Positions 58,057 through 64,000 of a stretch of DNA of 64,000 bases are shown piece by piece. The stretch comes from an uncultured Candidatus Sumerlaeota bacterium (lineage in GTDB: Bacteria; Sumerlaeota; Sumerlaeia; SLMS01; JAHLLQ01): contig CAZOKZ010000003.1 in NCBI GenBank assembly GCA_964580585.1, positions 51,468 to 115,467 of the forward strand, in the 5' to 3' direction. Numbering within the stretch: position 1 is the first letter of the stretch; every line of letters begins with the position of its first letter. Below the pieces are notes generated by a model. It saw nothing but the letters and a program-made list of their open reading frames with translations. It was not told where the DNA came from and made no database searches. A program made the position numbers and the translations under genes.

Positions 58057-59214
58057 ATGGCCGAACGCAAGAAACATATCCTTGTAGTCGATGACAACGA
58101 GTATAATCGCGAACTTCTTTTGCAGTGCCTGGAGGATCGCGGTTTCAGCGTTGACACGGCTTCTGACGGACCCGAGGCGCTGGAGTCTATCGATAAAACC
58201 ATCCCCGACATGGTTTTACTCGATGTGATGATGCCGGGTTTGAGCGGAATCGAGGTCTGCCAGCGGTTGCGGCAAAGCGATCGCACGCGCGATTTGCCCG
58301 TTATCATGGTGACGGCGAAAGCCGATTCCCGCGATGTGGTCCAGGGATTGCACGCGGGGGCCAACGATTATGTTACCAAGCCCATCGACATGGAAGTGTT
58401 GTTGGCACGGATGGAAACACATCTGAGCCTGAAGGAATTACAGGAAGAAGTCAACATCACCAGCGCGCGATTGATCCGCGAGCTGGCCGCCGCCCGCAGC
58501 GTGCAGGAAAGCCTGCTGCCGAGCGAAGAACGCATGGCCGAAATGCCCGAATCCTACGGCATCGAAGTCGGTTCGCTCTGGCGCCCGAGCGATACGCTGG
58601 GCGGGGATTTCTGGGATTTGATATCATTGGCGGATGGTTCGCTGGGCATTTTGCTCATCGATTTTGCCGGCAGCGGCGTGGTGCCCTCTCTCAACACGTT
58701 CCGCATTAAGACATTTGTTCAGGGTCAATGCGCGGGGCTTTATAACGCGGCGCTGACTCTCTCGCGTATTAACGCGTACTTGATTTCCGTGCTGCCGGAC
58801 TTTGAAATCGCCACGAGTATGTACGTTCGATATAATCCGGACAAACGCGAATTCAGCGTCGCTTCAGCCGGATTGCCGTATCCGCTGATTTACCGGGCTA
58901 AAACCGGCGCGGTCGAGCGCCTGCTGGTGTCCGGCTTGCCCGTCGGCGCCTTTCCCGATGCCAGCTACCGCGAAACCGTGATCACCCTCGGCATGGGCGA
59001 CAAAATTGTTTTCTTTACCGACGGCTTGTTCAAATACGGTTCGCGCGAAAAGGGTCTCTATTCCGAAAAACGTCTGGGCGAATTACTCGTGCGCCAGGGA
59101 GCCGTTTCGGGCGAGGAATTCGTGCAATTCCTCGAACAAGACATCCTGAGTTATGGCCCATCGGACCTCTACCAGGACGATGTCACGGCTGTCGTGTGCG
59201 AAGTGGTGAGCTGA
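58057..59214 (+). CDS. Response regulator receiver fused to PP2C-type (SpoIIE/RsbU-like) serine phosphatase
   Basis: The REC domain shows LVVDDNE...D. A PPM-type domain is indicated by GGDFWD and the C-terminal DD. Confidence 0.85.
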   Translation: MAERKKHILVVDDNEYNRELLLQCLEDRGFSVDTASDGPEALESIDKTIPDMVLLDVMMPGLSGIEVCQRLRQSDRTRDLPVIMVTAKADSRDVVQGLHAGANDYVTKPIDMEVLLARMETHLSLKELQEEVNITSARLIRELAAARSVQESLLPSEERMAEMPESYGIEVGSLWRPSDTLGGDFWDLISLADGSLGILLIDFAGSGVVPSLNTFRIKTFVQGQCAGLYNAALTLSRINAYLISVLPDFEIATSMYVRYNPDKREFSVASAGLPYPLIYRAKTGAVERLLVSGLPVGAFPDASYRETVITLGMGDKIVFFTDGLFKYGSREKGLYSEKRLGELLVRQGAVSGEEFVQFLEQDILSYGPSDLYQDDVTAVVCEVVS

Positions 59215-59268
59215 TTCCCGTATTTCCAGAGTCCCGAAACAACTCCTCCTCTTGCCGAGGCTCCGCCC

Positions 59269-60162
59269 ATGACGCTTCCGAATTTTCTGATCATTGGCGC
59301 GCAAAAGTCCGGCACCACATCGCTCTATCATTACCTCGACGAACACCCCGAGGTATTCATGAGCCGAAAAAAGGAACCGCACTTTTTCAGCTTCGAGGGA
59401 CGTGAACCGAAATTCAAAGAACGTTCGGACAAAAAAAAGAACATCATCAATACCATCGAAGCGTACGAGCAACTCTTTGACGGTGTGACGAACGAAAAAG
59501 CGATTGGCGAAGCGTCGCCGAGTTACCTTTACGAAGAGCAAGCTGCCGAGCGTATCCACACGCGCATTCCCGATGCGAAACTGATCGCCATTTTGCGCGA
59601 CCCGGTTGATCGGGCGTATTCTCATTTTCTGCACGCGGTACGCAGCGGTCGCGAGCCGATGGACGGGTTCGTTCAAGCGCTCGACGATGAAGAAAAACGT
59701 CGCGCCGAAGGATGGGGGAACCCGTACGACTATCAACGCAAAGGGTTTTACGGCGCGCAGCTCACACGGTTTCTGGAATATTTTCCGCGCGAGCAATTAT
59801 TGGTATTTTTGTTCGAGGATTTATCGGACGATCCGCGCAAACTCGTGCGTCAAATGTACGATTTTATCGGAGTCGATGCGGATTTCACGCCGGACCTTTC
59901 GGCCAAGTACAACGTGACGGAAGCGCCCGAAGGATCGAAATCCGAACGCCAACGCGGAATATTCGCCAAACTGTTTGGTGGCAAAAAAGCCCGAAAAATC
60001 GAAAAAACAAGCGCTGCGACCGTGGTCGAAAAACCGCCCTTCCCGCTCGAAATTCGCGAACGCCTCTATAACGTTTATCGCGAAGACATGCTGGTGCTTC
60101 AGGGCTTGATCGACCGCGATTTATCCGCGTGGCTGAAACCGCCGTCCAAAAACGTTATCTAA
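59269..60162 (+). CDS. Sulfotransferase family protein (PAPS-dependent)
   Basis: A 5'-PSB loop (IIGAQKSGTTSL) and a 3'-PB region (RDPVDRAYSHF) are present. Confidence 0.8.
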   Translation: MTLPNFLIIGAQKSGTTSLYHYLDEHPEVFMSRKKEPHFFSFEGREPKFKERSDKKKNIINTIEAYEQLFDGVTNEKAIGEASPSYLYEEQAAERIHTRIPDAKLIAILRDPVDRAYSHFLHAVRSGREPMDGFVQALDDEEKRRAEGWGNPYDYQRKGFYGAQLTRFLEYFPREQLLVFLFEDLSDDPRKLVRQMYDFIGVDADFTPDLSAKYNVTEAPEGSKSERQRGIFAKLFGGKKARKIEKTSAATVVEKPPFPLEIRERLYNVYREDMLVLQGLIDRDLSAWLKPPSKNVI

Positions 60163-60174
60163 TAACTCGTGTGT

Positions 60175-60870
60175 TCAGGCTTTCTTCAATTTTCCGCAAG
60201 CAACCGAAGCTCTAACCATTAAATACAATCCGATGATGTGGATGAGAATCATCCCAAGCCCGCCACTTGTTTGAGCCGTTAACAATCCAACACCGCCAGT
60301 ATCGACCAGATAAACGGTAGTAGCCAACCAGATCGGCCATTTTTGTTGGTGTTCAGCGGCATACCCCGCCCAGATCAGCAAAGCGCACATGGCAAAACCG
60401 ACGGCAAGCGATACGATTGGCCCAACGTTTCCAGTTTCGGGTAGCGATAAGCCGATGAGGGCTGGAATAGAAAACCCAATTAAAGAGATAAACATTCCCG
60501 CGCCTGCGGCTCCCAGAATCGATCCTGGGATACCCAGCCCACCGATCCACCAAAAAGCCTTTTTTGCGTTTTCGATGTCATCCAAATAGTCGTCTGATTC
60601 AAAGGAATCGACGAAAGGAATTTCAAGGTTTTCGGGGGGAAGTGTCTTTGTTGCGTTTTCTCCTAAAGGGTTTTGAGAATTCGAGTTAGTCGTGTCAGCA
60701 CGTTCTTTTTTTGAATAGACGCGTTGCCAGTCCGGTATGTCTTTCGCCGAAGGTGAAGGGTTGTTGGATGGCGAATCCTGGGATGGTGGTACGGCTTGGC
60801 TAGGGGGCGCCGCTGGTTCTACCGGTTGAGATGGCTTTGGCCACGGAAAGGAAGAGCCGGACTCACTCAT
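60175..60870 (-). CDS. Hypothetical membrane protein with Pro/Ser-rich N-terminal region
   Basis: The N-terminal ~120 aa are low-complexity. Four predicted TM helices lie in the C-terminal half. Confidence 0.4.
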   Translation of the reverse strand: MSESGSSFPWPKPSQPVEPAAPPSQAVPPSQDSPSNNPSPSAKDIPDWQRVYSKKERADTTNSNSQNPLGENATKTLPPENLEIPFVDSFESDDYLDDIENAKKAFWWIGGLGIPGSILGAAGAGMFISLIGFSIPALIGLSLPETGNVGPIVSLAVGFAMCALLIWAGYAAEHQQKWPIWLATTVYLVDTGGVGLLTAQTSGGLGMILIHIIGLYLMVRASVACGKLKKA

Positions 60871-60942
60871 CGTTGCAACCTCCCAATAATTCTGTTAAGA
60901 TACAGAATTTGTTCGTACTCGAACGGCTATGGGCAACTGGAT

Positions 60943-62958
60943 TCAGTTTTCTAAGCCAGGCGTGCTGCCGCGCAAATGTTTCCAGAGCAATCGCGCGCCT
61001 GCTGTCGATTCCACGAGGCATGCTTCCGTTCCGATGCAAAGCCATGGCACCATGCTGACCATATATTGCGGCCATTTCGTGTTCCAAACGAACAAAAACA
61101 GCATCGTGACCACGCCGACGATCAGCACGCGGGGCTCGCGTTTCCACCAAATCGCCAGGCCCAGAAAACCGAGTATCGTGGCGGACTTGTCCAACCAGGC
61201 CCATCCGACGAGGGGATCGAAATCCAGGTAAATCCAAGGCCAGAGAATCGGCTGATACCAGGGAAAGTCTGCCCGTTCGACCAACTCGCTGCTCGAAAAA
61301 TTCTGGTGAAATGTCAAACGATCGTGAAGACGCGTGAGCGCGTCCGGCGACCATAGGTACCAGTCGCTGGCGAACATGAACAGAAATGAAAATGCCACAT
61401 AGGCCGCGAAAACCAAGGCGATGATCTTCCATCCGCGTCCGCGGTTCTGGAAAAGCCATAGTCCAAACGCGACGGTGACGGCCAACGGCGCCACGGCGGC
61501 GAGGTACTTGCAAGACATGGCGATGCCCGCGCATGCGGCGGAAGCGGCGAGCCAGAACCACGGGAGCTTTTTCCACGATGGCGGGCCTTCGGTCTCCGTC
61601 CCCGGCGCGAGGGACGGAGCCCTGCGCATGGCCGCGTCGAACGCTAAAACACAAGAGGTGCCAAATAAAACCATGGCGCTGTCGAGATAGGCGATCGACG
61701 TGTAGTGCCATCCGAGTCCGAACAATGCCCAAACGATACCCGCAATCGGGAATCGAATCGCCAGGATTGCCGCCAGTAATCCGGCGCAAATGGCTACCAC
61801 CATCCGCGCGGCCATCACGCCGTCGTTTTCGGATTCCGCGTGCGTGATATTCATCACAATCGCGAACAATGCCATGGAAAAACGCGGGTGTTCGTACACC
61901 GCGTCGAAATCGATAACGCCCTGCCAGTTTCCTTCGCGCATCATGTGGGCAAAAGCCATCGATATCGGGACATAATCGTATTCATCCACTTCCATGCCCG
62001 TCGAGCGACCATGATCGAATCGCATGGCGAAGGCGAACAATCCGATCCATACGACCAACACGATTCGAACAGCACAGGGCAGCGGTTTCTCCGTCCCCCA
62101 GAACCGCCAGAGCAACCAGCCAACGCCCAACGCCAATCCCATCAACAAACACGCAGTCGTCGGCCAACTCCGTCCCCCGCGGCGTGGAGCAGCGCCACCG
62201 TCTCCTGCTCCGTCCCCCTTGTAATTGATCACCAAATCCGCGGCGCGACGTACATGATGGTGATAATCAATGCCTTCGCCGCCATTATTGTCCCAACGTA
62301 CTTCGGGCGCAGTGATGTGGAAGACGAAATCGAGCATCTGATTGGAAGGTACTTGGACTTCCAGACGAAAACGTCCCGGTTCGACTTCCGGCATGGGCGA
62401 TCCCCAGGCGTCGCCGATTTCAAACGAATTTTCGGGAATCGGTCCCGACCGATCCGTCGGACGATTAAAACCGTTGATGCCCCAAATCAAATCCACGGCG
62501 CTATCGTTGGGGGAAAGGTACTCGATGCAAACGGGTACGAAGTTTTCTCCGTCCCCGGTCGGCGCTGCAGTGCTTGGGTCGCCTAACTGAAGGAACGAAT
62601 TTTCCTCCATGCCATCCACGCGCGTGTTCGGATTACCCGGATCCAACACCCACTCGCGATCATTGACGACAAACTTATATTCATGCTCGCTCGGCTCGAT
62701 AAACTGCATCGTCAACTCGAACGTGCCGTCGCCGTCATCGTCCTGCATGTAGTTTTTGCGCAAATCCCAGATGTTGAAGCTGCCCGCCAGACTGACGCGA
62801 TTGGCTGGCTCCTCAGGCGTGTAGCGAAACGTCACCGTTCGCATGCCATCGTCGAGCTCGCCGATTTCCACCTCGGCGCGCGCGGCGTTCGTGCCCGTGA
62901 ATAGATACACATTCACCAACACCATACATGCAAAAACTACCCGCCAAAGCTTTGGCAT
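60943..62958 (-). CDS. GT-C-like (PMT/ArnT-like) polytopic membrane glycosyltransferase candidate with N-terminal periplasmic CBM48/AMPK-beta-like domain(s)
   Basis: A signal/TM segment precedes the N-terminal domain. VTFRYTPEEPANRVSLAGSFNIWD...EHEYKFVVNDREWVLDPGNP matches the AMPK1_CBM pattern. About 11 TM helices follow, with a DE motif (MEVDEYDY) in the first loop. Confidence 0.4.
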   Translation of the reverse strand: MPKLWRVVFACMVLVNVYLFTGTNAARAEVEIGELDDGMRTVTFRYTPEEPANRVSLAGSFNIWDLRKNYMQDDDGDGTFELTMQFIEPSEHEYKFVVNDREWVLDPGNPNTRVDGMEENSFLQLGDPSTAAPTGDGENFVPVCIEYLSPNDSAVDLIWGINGFNRPTDRSGPIPENSFEIGDAWGSPMPEVEPGRFRLEVQVPSNQMLDFVFHITAPEVRWDNNGGEGIDYHHHVRRAADLVINYKGDGAGDGGAAPRRGGRSWPTTACLLMGLALGVGWLLWRFWGTEKPLPCAVRIVLVVWIGLFAFAMRFDHGRSTGMEVDEYDYVPISMAFAHMMREGNWQGVIDFDAVYEHPRFSMALFAIVMNITHAESENDGVMAARMVVAICAGLLAAILAIRFPIAGIVWALFGLGWHYTSIAYLDSAMVLFGTSCVLAFDAAMRRAPSLAPGTETEGPPSWKKLPWFWLAASAACAGIAMSCKYLAAVAPLAVTVAFGLWLFQNRGRGWKIIALVFAAYVAFSFLFMFASDWYLWSPDALTRLHDRLTFHQNFSSSELVERADFPWYQPILWPWIYLDFDPLVGWAWLDKSATILGFLGLAIWWKREPRVLIVGVVTMLFLFVWNTKWPQYMVSMVPWLCIGTEACLVESTAGARLLWKHLRGSTPGLEN

Positions 62959-63131
62959 GGGCCCTCACCTCACGATAAAGTTTTCTGGAAAATACAACAA
63001 ATGCCCCGAATACCCCCAATTTCGAGAGCTTTTATCCGAGAAGTTTGCGAAGTGCAACCCCGGAGTGGGCATCATGCAACGATTTTAAAGAGCTGTTGGT
63101 TTTGCAGTTCGATATAAGTGCGAAATAAAGT

Positions 63132-63464
63132 TTATGATTTCCATAGACCTGTCGATGCATGTAAAATTCCATAAGTTTTTGGATGTAAAATAAAACAATA
63201 TTGTGTTCCAAAACCGGAGAGTGGTTCTGGTTTTCTCTCCGCTGTAAAAAAAGTAATTAGAAAAGCATGTTTTTCGCCCTTTAACTTTCGAGTAATTTCA
63301 TGACAATCTTTGGCGTCTATTTTCATTTTACCGATATCGGTTCGATTCCAAATAAACATCTCTGACACACAATATTGATGCCCCTTTGCCTCAAGGTAGA
63401 GTGGATGACTTGAAATGCTGACAAGAGCTTGCTCTTGTTGTTCAGTCGAAAAATGGGAATTCAA
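63132..63464 (-). CDS. Hypothetical protein in an AT-rich islet
   Basis: It is the only ORF in the ~40% GC segment 63080-63560. It has no recognisable motif. Confidence 0.2.
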   Translation of the reverse strand: MNSHFSTEQQEQALVSISSHPLYLEAKGHQYCVSEMFIWNRTDIGKMKIDAKDCHEITRKLKGEKHAFLITFFTAERKPEPLSGFGTQYCFILHPKTYGILHASTGLWKS

Positions 63465-63630
63465 AATTCACCTCAGTTTTTTCACCTAACGATTATGACT
63501 TTATTTTTTCTCACCAATTGGCTAACCAGTCAAGCGAGTAGGGTGAATGTACATGTTTTCCACCGTCTTCGCTTGAATACCCCCGCTGGTCGGGCGTATA
63601 GATAAACAACCTTCCGGGAGGAGACCCCTC

Positions 63631-64000
63631 ATGCCTAGCCGTATTGCTCGCGCGAACATGATTTTCGTCTGCCTGATGATTCTCGCCGCCGCATTGCTTG
63701 CCGCGATTGTCCTGATCGACCGCAAAGCGGGCTTGAATTATACCTATACGTTCGACGATGCCAAAGACCTTGCCATTGGCGCGCCCGTGAAAATGCGGGG
63801 CACGCAAATCGGCGAAGTCACCGGCGTGCGACTTGCAGACCAACGCGATGCGGGCGTTCAAATCGACGTGCGCGTGTACGCCGAACATCGCAACCGCATC
63901 AACGCCGCCCCCGATTCCACCGCGCGGATCAAAAAAGACTCGATGGTGCTCGGAAACGCCTATGTCGATGTGATCAATCGCGGCGACGGCAGCAGCGGCG
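63631..64000 (+). CDS. MlaD/MCE-family protein, 5' part (runs off window end)
   Basis: An N-terminal TM helix (MIFVCLMILAAALLAAIVLI) precedes an MCE-domain beginning (GAPVKMRGTQIGEVTGV). The RBS is ggaggag. Confidence 0.5.
   Translation, partial: MPSRIARANMIFVCLMILAAALLAAIVLIDRKAGLNYTYTFDDAKDLAIGAPVKMRGTQIGEVTGVRLADQRDAGVQIDVRVYAEHRNRINAAPDSTARIKKDSMVLGNAYVDVINRGDGSSG

Noticed and set aside
57169-58077. Full-length 302-aa ExbB ORF starting at 58077
   Set aside because: The first ~42 codons overlap the divergent response-regulator gene and its promoter region and lack an RBS. The start at 57951 with a GGAGAG RBS is preferred.
63330-63350. tRNA-like T-loop sequence ggttcgattcc
   Set aside because: The flanking sequence cannot form the T stem, acceptor stem or anticodon arm. 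It lies in the AT-rich islet and is a chance match.

Overview
High-GC (~58-60%) bacterial chromosomal segment. The gene content suggests Planctomycetota, but that is inference. It is densely coding on both strands, and all product calls are motif-based rather than homology searches.

Main blocks, in order:
- 0.5-10.6 kb: a co-directional T2SS / type IVa pilus-like operon. It has a GspE ATPase, a GspF platform protein, four minor-pseudopilin-like genes (H/I/J/K-like), a PilM-PilN (GspL-like) fusion, a PilO/GspM-like gene and a PilP/GspC-like gene. No major pseudopilin, secretin or prepilin peptidase is visible.
- 10.6-12.2 kb: a TlpA-like thioredoxin plus a FemAB-like GNAT protein on the minus strand.
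- ~12.7-13.05 kb: a GC-rich structured noncoding region ending in a strong intrinsic terminator. I read it as a candidate ncRNA of unknown class.
- 13.25-15.2 kb: leuA and a small ferredoxin-like ORF.
- 15.3-19.5 kb: a TIGR02757-family gene and a 1080-aa DUF2339-like polytopic membrane protein.
- 19.8-22.5 kb: a GH2 beta-mannosidase-like gene.
- 22.5-23.6 kb: a lower-GC islet with two membrane-protein genes, one an HExxH M50B-like protein.
- 23.6-31.7 kb: a sigma-54 enhancer-binding response regulator with GSFTDA in place of GAFTGA, followed by secreted proteins, a YkgJ-family CxxCxxCC protein and an ASST-like / 2x DUF1566 secreted protein.
- 31.8-38.5 kb: mgtE, ggt, an ankyrin protein, a redox-dead thioredoxin-like protein and a Hanks-type Ser/Thr kinase.
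- 39.8-40.4 kb: a ~35% GC islet carrying an orphan membrane-protein gene, next to arfB.
- 40.8-48.5 kb: ADP-ribosylglycohydrolase, ybeY, HIT, GNAT, cbpA-like DnaJ, and a feoA-feoA-feoB-Cys-rich-peptide locus.
- 48.8-52.2 kb: a TPR membrane protein and a TauE/SafE exporter.
- 52.6-55.2 kb: a polyprenol-phosphate-mannose-synthase-like GT2 translationally coupled to rsmG, and a second GT2.
- 55.3-60.2 kb: ahpD-like and ahpC, exbD/exbB, a REC-PP2C phosphatase and a sulfotransferase.
- 60.9-63.0 kb: a GT-C-like (PMT/ArnT-like) membrane protein with N-terminal CBM48-like domains.
- 63.1-63.5 kb: a second AT-rich islet.
- 63.6-64.0 kb: a partial MCE gene.

Recurring sequence-level signals:
- Two long hairpin elements with related CACAG/CACGG-rich arms sit immediately after stop codons.
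- An iteron-like heptad array lies between the GNAT gene and cbpA.
- The 9-mer GGGACGGAG is strongly over-represented.
- Several intrinsic terminators are visible.

No rRNA, tRNA, CRISPR or transposase was found.
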